64,000 nt of DNA from NCBI GenBank assembly GCA_026645775.1, contig JAPKMS010000040.1, forward strand, positions 20,406 to 84,405, given 5' to 3'. The notes beneath the pieces are model-generated. The model did no database searches. It had not been told where the DNA came from and saw nothing but the letters and a program-made list of their open reading frames with translations. Source of the stretch: Anaerolineae bacterium (GTDB lineage Bacteria; Chloroflexota; Anaerolineae; CG2-30-64-16). The first letter of the stretch is position 1, and the number at the start of each line of letters is the position of its first letter. A program made the position numbers and the translations under genes. Below, in pieces: positions 9,249 to 18,504 of this stretch.

Positions 9249-9788
9249 ATGCTTATCCGGGCCGCCCAACTGAACGATGCCGCAGCGATCGCGCGGGTCC
9301 ATGTGGACTCCTGGCGAGCGGCATATCGCGACATCCTGTCTGCAAGCTTTCTGGCTGAGCTTTCGTATGCGGCGCGCGAGCAGCGTTGGCGCGAATGGTG
9401 GACGCAGGCCGACCCGCAACGGTGGCTGTTCGTGGCTGAAGATGACGCTGGCCGTATCATCGGGTTTGCCGGGGGCGGCCCAGAGCGCGATGCGATCCCC
9501 GGCTATGGCGGCGAGGTGTATGCGATCTACCTGGCGCCCGAAACCTTTCGTCGCGGGATCGGGCGACGCCTGATGGCCGTCGGTGCGGGCAAGCTGATCG
9601 ACCAGGGCTTTGGCGCCGGACTGGTGTGGGCGCTGGAAGACAATCGCGCCGCGCGGGCGTTTTACGAGGCGCTGGGGGGGCAGCTTATGGGCACCAAACC
9701 GGTCACCATCGGCGGTACGACGCTGACCGAGGTCGCTTACGGCTGGTCGGATCTGCGCACGCTGTGCGCGGCCGGAGATGAGGCATGA
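9249..9788 (+). CDS. GNAT family N-acyltransferase
   Basis: GNAT motif A region (RRGIGRRLMAVGAGKLIDQGF) in a 179-aa protein. Confidence 0.75.
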   Translation: MLIRAAQLNDAAAIARVHVDSWRAAYRDILSASFLAELSYAAREQRWREWWTQADPQRWLFVAEDDAGRIIGFAGGGPERDAIPGYGGEVYAIYLAPETFRRGIGRRLMAVGAGKLIDQGFGAGLVWALEDNRAARAFYEALGGQLMGTKPVTIGGTTLTEVAYGWSDLRTLCAAGDEA

Positions 9789-10633
9789 AACTGACCCGTT
9801 ATGAGGCTGCCGATGCCTTCGTGGCGCGCGCCCGGGACTGGCTGGAGCAAAATGAGGCCGCCAACAACCTGATCCTGGGCATCGCCGTGCGCCTGGCCGA
9901 ATATCCCGACCGGGTCAAGGCGCCGCCCTACCTGGCGACGGTCGAGGCGGACGGCGCGCTGGCAGCCGCGGCCGTGATGACACCGCCGCATCGTGTCGTG
10001 CTCTACTCGGCCGCAGGCGCCGACCCTGCGCCCCTGGTCCCGCTCCTGGACGATTTGCGGGCCGGCGGCTGGCACGTGCCGGGCGTGATGGCCCCGGCGG
10101 CCACGTCTGAAGCGTTCGCCTGGCTCTGGGCAGCGGCGACCGGCGGCGACTACCGCCCCGCCATGCGTGAGCGCGCCTATGAGCTGCGCCGCGTGATCCC
10201 GCCTGCGGCCGTCCCCGGTCACTTGCGGCCGGCGACGGAGACGGACCTGCCGCTGGCAGCGGACTGGGTTTATCGGTTCATGCAGGACGCTGGGTTGCCG
10301 GGCACAGTCGAAGGCGCGCAGGAACTTGCCGAGATTCGCATCGCTGACCGCGATCTGTTTATCTGGGATAACGGCGGGCCAGCTTCGATGGCCGCCAAGA
10401 CGCGCCACAGCACCCACGGCATCGTCGTTAGCCTGGTTTTCACCCCGCGCGAGCTGCGCGGGCAGGGCTATGCGTCGGCGTGTGTAGCGGCTTTGAGCCA
10501 GCAGTTGTTGGATGCCGGTTGGGAGTTCTGTGCGCTTTTCACCGATCTGGCCAACCCCATCTCCAACGACATCTACCAGCGCATCGGCTACCGGCCGGTG
10601 TGCGACTTCAATGAGTACGATTTTGATGCTTAA
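9785..10633 (+). CDS. GNAT-fold acyltransferase with N-terminal extension
   Basis: C-terminal GNAT core (LRGQGYASACVAALSQQLLDAGWEFCALFTDLANPISNDIYQRIGY). The start overlaps the upstream stop (ATGA). Confidence 0.65.
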   Translation: MKLTRYEAADAFVARARDWLEQNEAANNLILGIAVRLAEYPDRVKAPPYLATVEADGALAAAAVMTPPHRVVLYSAAGADPAPLVPLLDDLRAGGWHVPGVMAPAATSEAFAWLWAAATGGDYRPAMRERAYELRRVIPPAAVPGHLRPATETDLPLAADWVYRFMQDAGLPGTVEGAQELAEIRIADRDLFIWDNGGPASMAAKTRHSTHGIVVSLVFTPRELRGQGYASACVAALSQQLLDAGWEFCALFTDLANPISNDIYQRIGYRPVCDFNEYDFDA

Positions 10634-10769
10634 CATCACCCGACGACTGAACGTCGCAGCAACCTTTGCAAAGTCGGCCGCCGCCGCCGACTGAGATGAG
10701 TCCAGGAAGGTGAACTTTGCGGAGGTTGCCGCGATTTCAATCGCCGGGGAACCACTCAACAGGAGAGAT

Positions 10770-12578
10770 GTTGTGTCTACCCAAACCATCCCCGCCCACA
10801 GCGATATCGATCCGAAATACACCTGGAACGCGCCCAGCGTCTTCCCGTCCGATGCCGCCTGGGACGCCGAGTGCGTCAGCGTCGCGCAGGATCTGGCCGG
10901 CCTGCGGGCTTACCAGGGCCGCCTGGCAGAGGGTCCCGACGCCTTGGCCGAGGCGGTGACCGCCATCGAGCATCTCTTCCGCCGGGTCTACAAGCTGTAC
11001 GCCTACGCGGGCATGGCCTACGCGGTGGACACCACCGATCAGGCCGCAGCCAAGCGCAATGGCCGGGCCCAGGCGTTGTTCGGCCAGACGGCGGCCGCCG
11101 CGGCTTTCTTTGATCCCGAGCTGTTGGCCCTTGGCGAGCCGACGCTGCGGCGCTGGCTGGCCGAGGATGCCCGGCTGGCTTACCTGGACCACTACGTGGA
11201 TAATCTCTTCCGCAAACAGGCGCACATCCGCTCGGCCGAGGTGGAGGAGTTGTTGGGTCTGCTGGCCGACCCGTTCGGGAACACCGCCATGACCCAAAGC
11301 ATGTTGGCCGATGCCGATTTCAAGTTCCCGTTCGCAGTTGCCGGCGACGGAACCCAACGGCCGGTGACCCAGGGCGCCCTGGGCGAGATCCTCTCTGGCC
11401 CGGACCGGGAGGCGCGGCGCACGGCCTGGGAAGGCTACATGGACACCTACCTGGCCCACAAAAACACCCTGGCCTCGAATTTAATGACCTCGGTCAAGAA
11501 TTACGTCTTCACCATGCGCGCTCGCCGTCACGCCAGCACGCTGGAGATGGCGCTGCACGGTCCCAATATCCCGGTGGCGGTTTACCGGAACCTGATCGAT
11601 ACCTTCAAGAAGAACCTGCCCACCTGGCATCGCTATTGGCAGGTGCGGCGTCGGGCGTTGGGCGTGGAAACGCTGGAACCCTACGACATCTGGGCGCCGC
11701 TCGCTAAGACCCGCCCGCAGATCCCGTACGCGCAAGCCGTCGCCACGATCTGCGATGGGTTGGCGCCGTTGGGGCAGGCGTACGTGGAAACTGTGCGCCG
11801 CGGCTGTCTGCAAGACCGCTGGGTGGACGTCTACCCGTGTCAGGGTAAGATGGGCGGCGCGTTCTCATCCGGTGCGCCCGATACCTTCCCGTTCATCATG
11901 ATGAGCTACACCGACGAGGTGTTCAGCATGAGCACGCTGGCGCATGAGCTGGGCCACTCGATGCACTCCTACCTCACCTGGCAGAACCAGCCCGCCCTCT
12001 ACAGCGACTACACGATGTTTGTGGCCGAGACCGCCTCCAACTTCCACCAGGCCATGGTGCGCGCCCACTTGCTGGAGACCGCGACCGATCCCGCCTTCCT
12101 GTTGGGGACGTTGGAAGAGGCGATGTCCAACTTCCACCGCTACTTCTTTATCATGCCCACGCTGGCCCAGTTTGAGCTGGCCGTGCACGAGGCCGAAGAG
12201 CGCGGGGAAGGCATGAGCGCGGATGACATGATCGGGCTGATGGCTGACCTGTTCAGTGAGGGCTACGGCGGCGGCGTACACGTGGATCGCGAGCGGACGG
12301 GGATCACCTGGGCCACTTTCTCGCACCTGTATGCCGACTACTATGTCTTCAACTACGCCACCGGGATTTCGGCAGCCAATGCGCTCGCACTGCGTGTCCG
12401 CTCAGGGACGCCTGGCGCGGCCGATGACTATCTGCGGTTCCTGAAGGCCGGCAACTCGCTCTACCCCGTGGATGCGCTGAAGGTGGCCGGCGTTGACATG
12501 ACCACCCCCGCACCGGTGGAGGCCGCGTTCGCCGTGCTCGCCGGGCTGGTGGATCGGCTGGAGAAGCTGGTCGGGTGA
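10770..12578 (+). CDS. pepF: oligoendopeptidase F (M3B family)
   Basis: HELGHSMH zinc-binding HEXXH plus M3 architecture. GTG start at 10770 behind an AGGAGA RBS. The ATG at 10710 is less likely. Confidence 0.85.
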   Translation, partial: VVSTQTIPAHSDIDPKYTWNAPSVFPSDAAWDAECVSVAQDLAGLRAYQGRLAEGPDALAEAVTAIEHLFRRVYKLYAYAGMAYAVDTTDQAAAKRNGRAQALFGQTAAAAAFFDPELLALGEPTLRRWLAEDARLAYLDHYVDNLFRKQAHIRSAEVEELLGLLADPFGNTAMTQSMLADADFKFPFAVAGDGTQRPVTQGALGEILSGPDREARRTAWEGYMDTYLAHKNTLASNLMTSVKNYVFTMRARRHASTLEMALHGPNIPVAVYRNLIDTFKKNLPTWHRYWQVRRRALGVETLEPYDIWAPLAKTRPQIPYAQAVATICDGLAPLGQAYVETVRRGCLQDRWVDVYPCQGKMGGAFSSGAPDTFPFIMMSYTDEVFSMSTLAHELGHSMHSYLTWQNQPALYSDYTMFVAETASNFHQAMVRAHLLETATDPAFLLGTLEEAMSNFHRYFFIMPTLAQFELAVHEAEERGEGMSADDMIGLMADLFSEGYGGGVHVDRERTGITWATFSHLYADYYVFNYATGISAANALALRVRSGTPGAADDYLRFLKAGNSLYPVDALKVAGVDMTTPAPVEAAFAVLAGLVDRLEKLVG

Positions 12579-12584
12579 GTTTTC

Positions 12585-12619
12585 AGAAACCCGGTTTCTC
12601 CGAGAAACCGGGTTTCTCC
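12585..12619 (+). terminator. tandem near-palindromic 15-mers (agaaacccggtttct / agaaaccgggtttct) after pepF; hairpin or terminator-like
   Basis: Each unit is self-complementary and the two units are mutual reverse complements. Sits directly after the pepF stop. Confidence 0.4.
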
Positions 12620-12641
12620 ACAGAAGCCGGTAGGATGGAGC

Positions 12642-13562
12642 ATGGCTGAGATGATCCGGTTGGCCGATGGTCGCCGGCTGGCCTACGCCGAATACGGCGA
12701 TCCTGATGGCGCCCCGGTGTTCTTTTTCCAGGGCACGCCGAGCTCGCGGCTGATGCACCCCGACGAGGCCGTGACGCGTGATCTCGGCGCGCGGCTCATC
12801 GTGGCGGATCGGCCCGGCTTCGGCCTGTCCGACCCCAAACCCGGCCGCACGCTGCTGGACTGGCCCGACGACATCGTCGCGCTGGCGGACGCGTTGGGCA
12901 TCGGCCGCTTCGGCCTGGTCGGCATCTCTGGCGGCGGGCCCTACGCGGCCGCGTGCGCCTACAGGATCCCGCAGCGCCTGACCGCGGTCACGATTGTCGG
13001 CGGCAGCGGGCCGGTGGATCTGCGCAACACGCTTGCGGGCGCGGCGAGGGAGCGCCACATCGGCTACGTGCTGGCCCAGCGTGCGCCCTGGCTGTTGCGG
13101 TTGGTGATCCTGCTGGCGCGCAACCCGCGGCGCAACCCCGCCCGCTTTCAAGCGCAGTTCAGCCAGGGCGCGGCCGCGGCCGATCGGGCCATCATGGCGC
13201 GGCCGGCGATGCGTGAGATGTTCGTGCGCAGCTACGCCGAGGCATCGCGCCAGGGCGTGACCGCCTTCGCCGATGAGGTGATCCTGGCGTCGAAGCCCTG
13301 GGGCTTTCCCCTGCAAGACATCACGACGCCGGTCCACCTGTGGCATGGAGAGGAGGATCGCAACACCCCCCTCGCGATGGCGCGGGCGATGGCCGCGGCG
13401 ATCCCGAACTGCTGCACGACTTTCCTGCCGGGCGAAGGGCACCTGTTCCTGTTTGAGCGGTGGGGGGAGATTTTGGGCGATTTGCTGACGATCAGCGAGG
13501 TGAGGGGAAGGGCGATGATCGAAGAAAAACTGGAGCCGATACATCCTGGCGAAGTCTTGTAG
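12642..13562 (+). CDS. alpha/beta hydrolase
   Basis: GISGGG nucleophile elbow and alpha/beta hydrolase fold pattern. The 3' end is co-linear, in the same frame, with the higA-like start. Confidence 0.75.
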   Translation: MAEMIRLADGRRLAYAEYGDPDGAPVFFFQGTPSSRLMHPDEAVTRDLGARLIVADRPGFGLSDPKPGRTLLDWPDDIVALADALGIGRFGLVGISGGGPYAAACAYRIPQRLTAVTIVGGSGPVDLRNTLAGAARERHIGYVLAQRAPWLLRLVILLARNPRRNPARFQAQFSQGAAAADRAIMARPAMREMFVRSYAEASRQGVTAFADEVILASKPWGFPLQDITTPVHLWHGEEDRNTPLAMARAMAAAIPNCCTTFLPGEGHLFLFERWGEILGDLLTISEVRGRAMIEEKLEPIHPGEVL

Positions 13563-13797
13563 GAAGAATTCATAAAGCCACTGGCTCTGAGCCAGAATCG
13601 CCTGGCCATCGCCATCGGCGTGCCGGCGCGGCGCATCAACGAGGTCGTGCTGGGCCGGCGCGGCATCACGGCCGACACGGCGTTACGCCTGGCACGTTTC
13701 TTCGGCAATTCGCCGCAGTTTTGGCTGGGCTTGCAAGCCGACTACGATCTCGACATCGCCCGAAGCGTCCTGGGCGCCCGGCTGGCACGCGAGTGAG
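13515..13797 (+). pseudogene. higA: higA-family (XRE-HTH) antitoxin interrupted by an in-frame TAG at 13560-13562
   Basis: A GAGGGGA RBS precedes the ATG at 13515. The translation MIEEKLEPIHPGEVL-stop-EEFIKPLALSQNRLAIAIGVPARRINEVVLGRRGITADTALRLARFFGNSPQFWLGLQADYDLD is a canonical HigA/VapI sequence. No higB is adjacent. Confidence 0.6.
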
Positions 13798-13983
13798 GTC
13801 CTATGCCGGCGTACGTGAGGAAGGCCCGGAGTACGAGGGCTGAGTCTCCAAAGACATAATCGAACACCGAAAAAGGGACGCAGATTTACCTGATCTACCT
13901 GATTTTCCGTTTTTTCATCTTCGTCTGTGCCCCGACAGGGGCGTGGACGCTAATCCAGACCACCTTAATGAGGACACACCGCC

Positions 13984-15474
13984 GTGATCCATATTTATCC
14001 ACCCACCCTCGACGCGGCCCATGCTGAGTTCCTGGCCGCGTACCCATCCTACACGACGACGGCCGCGCTGGACGACCTGCGCACCCGCGAATACGCGCGA
14101 CTGGACGCGGCCGGCCATGTCTACCTGGACTACACCGGCGGCGGGCTGTACGCCGAGAGCCAGTTGCGGGGGCACCTCGATCTGCTGAGCTGCGGCGTCT
14201 TCGGCAACCCGCACTCGCACAATCCGACCTCCCAGGCCATGACGTGCCTGGTGGATGACGCGCGGTCGTACGTGCTGGAGTATTTCAATGCGCCGCCGGG
14301 GGAGTACGTCGCCATCTTCACGCAGAACGCCAGCGGCGCGCTCAAGCTGGTGGGCGAGGCATACCCGTTCGAGCCGGGCGACCGCTACCTGCTCACCTTC
14401 GATAACCATAATTCGGTCAACGGCATCCGCGAGTTCGCGCGGAGCAAAGGCGCGGCGTTCACCTACCTGCCGGTCGTCCAGCCGGAGCTGCGCATCGACC
14501 CGGCGACGTTGGCCGCGCATCTCGACCTGGCTCAGCCCGGCCGCCACAACCTGTTCGCGTTCCCGGCGCAGTCCAACTTCACCGGCGTGCAGCACCCGCT
14601 GGAGATGATCGCCCAGGCGCGGGCCAAGGGGTGGGACGTGCTCGTGGACGCGGCGGCGTTCGCACCGACCAACCGGCTCGACCTGGCCCGCTGGCTGCCC
14701 GATTTCGTGCCGCTGTCGTTCTACAAGATGTTCGGCTATCCCACCGGCGTCGGCTGCCTGCTGGCGCGCAAATCTGCGCTGGAGAAGCTGGTCCGGCCCT
14801 GGTACGCGGGCGGCACAATCACCATCTCGTCGGTGCAGGGGGACGGCCACTATCTCGTCCCGGGCGAGGCCGGCTTCGAGGACGGCACGGTCAACTACCT
14901 GAACATCCCCGCGGTCGAGATCGGCCTGCGCCACCTGGCCGCGGCCGGCATCGATGTCATCCACGAGCGGGCCATGTGCCTGGCCGGCTGGCTGATTGAC
15001 AGCCTGACCCGCCTGCGACACAGCACCGGCCAACCGCTCGTCCGCCTCCACGGCCCGGCGAGCCTGAATGGGCGCGGCGGCACCGTCACGGTGAGCTTCT
15101 ACGACCGGGACGGGCAGCAGCTCGACGACCGGCGCATTGAGGAGTTGGCCGGCCATCAGCGCATCTCGCTGCGCACCGGCTGTTTCTGCAACCCCGGCGC
15201 GGGCGAGGTGGCTCACGGGCTGACGCCGGAGATCATGCGCGAGTTCTTCCGCGGCCCGGCGCCGCTGTCGTTCCAGGAGCTGCGCGCCGAGATGCGCGCC
15301 CGCTTCGGCATGGACGTCAGCGCGGTGCGGCTGTCGGTGGGCATCGCCTCCACCTTCGCCGACGTGGATACGTTCATCCGCTTCGCAGCCCGGCTCCTCG
15401 ATCACACCGCGGCCGAGATCGGTGCAGTCGAGGTCACAGATCCCGGCTGCTCGGTGGATCGCGACGCGGCATAA
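13984..15474 (+). CDS. class V aminotransferase-fold PLP enzyme of the Moco-sulfurase (ABA3/MCSU NifS-like domain) type, without a MOSC domain
   Basis: VYLDYTGGGLYAESQL, FGNPHS, LEYFNAPPGEY, SFYKMFGYPTGVGCLL and RTGCFCNPGAGE are recalled to match the NifS-like domain of eukaryotic Moco sulfurases. GTG start. Confidence 0.7.
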   Translation: MIHIYPPTLDAAHAEFLAAYPSYTTTAALDDLRTREYARLDAAGHVYLDYTGGGLYAESQLRGHLDLLSCGVFGNPHSHNPTSQAMTCLVDDARSYVLEYFNAPPGEYVAIFTQNASGALKLVGEAYPFEPGDRYLLTFDNHNSVNGIREFARSKGAAFTYLPVVQPELRIDPATLAAHLDLAQPGRHNLFAFPAQSNFTGVQHPLEMIAQARAKGWDVLVDAAAFAPTNRLDLARWLPDFVPLSFYKMFGYPTGVGCLLARKSALEKLVRPWYAGGTITISSVQGDGHYLVPGEAGFEDGTVNYLNIPAVEIGLRHLAAAGIDVIHERAMCLAGWLIDSLTRLRHSTGQPLVRLHGPASLNGRGGTVTVSFYDRDGQQLDDRRIEELAGHQRISLRTGCFCNPGAGEVAHGLTPEIMREFFRGPAPLSFQELRAEMRARFGMDVSAVRLSVGIASTFADVDTFIRFAARLLDHTAAEIGAVEVTDPGCSVDRDAA

Positions 15475-15620
15475 CTCAAAATTACCACAGAGGCGCGGAG
15501 GACACAGAGGCTTCCTAAAGGCTCTCTGCGCTCTCTGTGTCTCTGCGGTGAGTTTTTCATGCGCGGGCGCGGCGCCACGCGATACCAAACGAAGAATCCC
15601 GATAGAAACGAATCGAGGAC

Positions 15621-17003
15621 ATGGAGACACACTGGGCGCACGACGCCATCTTCTACCACATCTACCCGCTGGGCCTGTGCGGCGCGCCGGCGCGCAACGA
15701 TTTCGCGTCGCCGCCGCAGCCGCGCCTGGAGCAGCTCTCGGCCTGGATCCCCCACCTGCACGACTTGGGGATCAACGCGCTCTACCTCGGGCCGCTGTTT
15801 GAGGCCACCGCGCACGGCTACGACACGGCGGACTATTACCACGTGGATCGCCGCCTCGGGACGCGCGAGACGCTGGCCCGCCTGGTGGCCGAGCTCCACG
15901 CCAACGGCATCCGCGTGATCCTGGACGGCGTCTTCAACCACGTCGGACGCGACTTTTGGGCCTTCCGCGATGTGCTCCGAAACGGGGCAGGCTCCCCTTA
16001 CTGCGGTTGGTTTGCGGGCCTTAACTTCGGCGGCCGCAGTCCCCTGGGCGACCCGTTCACCTATGAAAGCTGGCAGGGGCACTATGAGCTGGTCAAGCTG
16101 AACCTGCGCGTTCCCGAACCTCGCCAACATCTGCTCGAAGCCGTGCGGCACTGGATCGTTGACTACGACATCGACGGGCTGCGCCTCGACGTGGCGGACA
16201 GCCTGGACCTGGATTTCCAGCGGGAGCTTTCCAGGTTCAGCCGCGGGCTGCGCCGCGATTTCTGGCTGATGGGCGAGGTGATCCACGGCGATTACCGCCG
16301 CTGGGCCAACCCGGAGACGCTGGACGCCGTGACCAACTACGAGTGCTACCGGGGCCTCTACTCCAGCCTGAACGCCAAGAACTACTTTGAGATCGCGTAT
16401 GCGCTCAACCGGCAGTTCGGCGACAACGGCCTCTATCGCGGCCTGCCGCTCTACAACTTCGTGGATAACCACGACGTGGACCGGGTGGCCAGCAACCTGA
16501 CGAACCCGAAGCACCTCCACCCGCTCTACTGCCTGCTGTTCACCATGCCGGGCGTCCCGTCGATCTACTACGGCAGCGAGTGGGGGCTGGCGGGAAAGCG
16601 CAGCCCGCAGAGCGATGCCCCGCTCAGGCCGCAGTTGGATCTGGCGCAGCTCCGGCAGAACGTCCCGCATCCCGACCTGCTGGCTGACATCCGCAGGTTG
16701 ATCGAGGTGCGCAAAGCGTCGCCGGCCCTGCGCCGCGGCAGCTATCGCCAACTCCACGTGAGCTTCGAACAACTGGCGTTTGCGCGCGAATTCGAGGGCG
16801 AGACCGTCATCGTCCTGCTCAACGCATCCGCTGAGCCGGTGAGCCTGGAGGTCCCGGTCAACCTTGCGAACGGGCGCCAGTTGGCCGATCTGCTCAATTC
16901 TGGGCAGCGGTTTGAAGTCAGCAACGGCCGCCTGCGCGTGGATTCCGTGTATCCCTGTTGGGCGCGTGTGCTGAGCACCACGGCTCATAGAGCAATCACA
17001 TAG
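15621..17003 (+). CDS. GH13 alpha-amylase family glycoside hydrolase
   Basis: GINALYLGPLFE, GIRVILDGVFNHVG, GLRLDVAD and FVDNHD catalytic regions. Confidence 0.8.
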   Translation: METHWAHDAIFYHIYPLGLCGAPARNDFASPPQPRLEQLSAWIPHLHDLGINALYLGPLFEATAHGYDTADYYHVDRRLGTRETLARLVAELHANGIRVILDGVFNHVGRDFWAFRDVLRNGAGSPYCGWFAGLNFGGRSPLGDPFTYESWQGHYELVKLNLRVPEPRQHLLEAVRHWIVDYDIDGLRLDVADSLDLDFQRELSRFSRGLRRDFWLMGEVIHGDYRRWANPETLDAVTNYECYRGLYSSLNAKNYFEIAYALNRQFGDNGLYRGLPLYNFVDNHDVDRVASNLTNPKHLHPLYCLLFTMPGVPSIYYGSEWGLAGKRSPQSDAPLRPQLDLAQLRQNVPHPDLLADIRRLIEVRKASPALRRGSYRQLHVSFEQLAFAREFEGETVIVLLNASAEPVSLEVPVNLANGRQLADLLNSGQRFEVSNGRLRVDSVYPCWARVLSTTAHRAIT

Positions 17004-17118
17004 AGGTTGTACAAAGGAATCGAGCCTTCAGGCGGTCTGACCGGCTAAAGCCTCGAGTCCGGAGTGCGAAGTATATCTGGTTGCTTTATTAGTTTAACTT
17101 CTGTCTGGGAGAGCTCGC

Positions 17119-18219
17119 TTGGACAAGACACCGCTCTACCTCCAAATCGCCGACGCGATCCGGCAGGAACTGCTGGCGGGCAAGCTCCGCCCAGGCGACC
17201 CGCTGCCGCCCGTGCGCGAGATGGCCGAGCGCTGGAATTGCACGCCGGGCACCGTCCAGCAGGCGTACAAAGAATTGGCGCGTCAAGGCCTGGCGGTTAG
17301 CCGCGCCGGTCAGGGCACGCGCGTGGGCGCAGCGCAGCCCGCGCAGCCGCCGGACCGGACGCCACTGCGCCGTGCCTCGCTGGTGCACCAGGCCGAGGCG
17401 TTCCTGCTAGAGGTCTTGGCCGCGGGTCACACGCCCGAGGAGGCTGAGAGCGCGTTCCGCGCGGCGCTGGATCGCTGGCGCGCATTGGCTGTGATGCAGC
17501 CGGAGGTGTCGGCGCGCGTGCTGCGGTTCATCGGCAGCCATGATCCCGCCCTCTCCCTGGTCGCGAGCCGCTTCCCGGAAATCTGCCCTGGCTGCGCGCT
17601 CGAGCTGGCGTTCACGGGCAGCCTAGGCGGGCTGATTGCACTGGCCGAGGGCAAGGCTGACCTGGCCGGCAGCCATCTGTGGGACGAGGAGAGCGACACC
17701 TACAACGCACCGTTCATTCGCCGCCTGCTGCCCGGCCGCCGCGTGGCTTTGTTGACCCTGGCGCAGCGCCGGCTGGGCCTGATCGTGCCGCCCGGCAACC
17801 CGGCCGGCCTGGCGGAGCTCGGTGATCTGACTCGGCCCGGCGTGCGCTTCATCAACCGGTCGCGCGGCACGGGCACGCGCGTCTGGCTCGACGCACAGCT
17901 TGCCCGCCGCGACGTCCCATCCGATGCCATCGTCGGCTATTCCCAGGAGGCCTCCACCCACGCTGAGGTTGCCCGCGCGGTCGCCGAGGGCCAGGCGGAC
18001 GCCGGGCTGGGGATCGAGGCCGCGGCGCGGGCTTACGGGCTGGGCTTCATCTTTCTGACCACCGAGCCCTATGACCTGGTGATACCGGCCGCGGCGTGGG
18101 AGATGCCGCCCGTGCAGGCGCTCGCAACGTGGCTCCGCACGGCAGAGGCGCGCGTCGTGATCGGTGGGCTCGGCGGGTATGAGACGGCGGAAACGGGGCA
18201 GATGGTCTGGGTGGGGTGA
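17119..18219 (+). CDS. GntR-family HTH regulator fused to a periplasmic-binding-protein-like domain
   Basis: N-terminal GntR wHTH (LYLQIADAIRQELLAGKLRPGDPLPPVREMAERWNCTPGTVQQAYKEL). The C-terminal 230 aa are PBP-like. TTG start. Confidence 0.7.
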   Translation: MDKTPLYLQIADAIRQELLAGKLRPGDPLPPVREMAERWNCTPGTVQQAYKELARQGLAVSRAGQGTRVGAAQPAQPPDRTPLRRASLVHQAEAFLLEVLAAGHTPEEAESAFRAALDRWRALAVMQPEVSARVLRFIGSHDPALSLVASRFPEICPGCALELAFTGSLGGLIALAEGKADLAGSHLWDEESDTYNAPFIRRLLPGRRVALLTLAQRRLGLIVPPGNPAGLAELGDLTRPGVRFINRSRGTGTRVWLDAQLARRDVPSDAIVGYSQEASTHAEVARAVAEGQADAGLGIEAAARAYGLGFIFLTTEPYDLVIPAAAWEMPPVQALATWLRTAEARVVIGGLGGYETAETGQMVWVG

Positions 18220-18292
18220 GCATTTCAGGAGGCTTGTACCTCTCGATCTACTCCAGGCGGAGGTCGGAGGTGCGAAGTTGATCAGGGGAAGG

Positions 18293-18348
18293 CGAGGGGG
18301 GCGAGAGCATCCGTACGGATGCTGCCGCCCCCCTCGTGCTTCTTTATT
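18293..18348 (+). terminator. intrinsic terminator
   Basis: Stem cgaggggggcg...cgcccccctcg with an inner palindrome gcatccgtacggatgc, followed by tgcttctttatt. Confidence 0.5.
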
Positions 18349-18459
18349 CGCTGAAATCCACCGCCGCGGTCATGTTCCAGCGCAGGCGGGGTTTGCCTAG
18401 GTTGATTTTAAAACTCGTCAAGCGCAGAGCGATATCCGTAGGAGTACATGCCCCTGGCG

Positions 18460-18487
18460 CTTGACGTTCCCCCGCCACCGGTTATAC
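18460..18487 (+). promoter_or_regulatory. sigma70-like promoter (TTGACG-N16-TATACT) for the M20 peptidase gene
   Basis: Sequence match only. Confidence 0.35.
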
Positions 18488-18504
18488 TACATCCACCAAA
18501 TTGA

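Noticed and set aside
13798-13983. tRNA or small RNA genes in the larger intergenic gaps (13798-13983, 18220-18504, 30407-30597, 40860-41141).
   Set aside because: No tRNA-like conserved T-loop (GGTTCGAATCC-type) or cloverleaf was seen. The gaps are explained by terminators, promoters and repeat elements.
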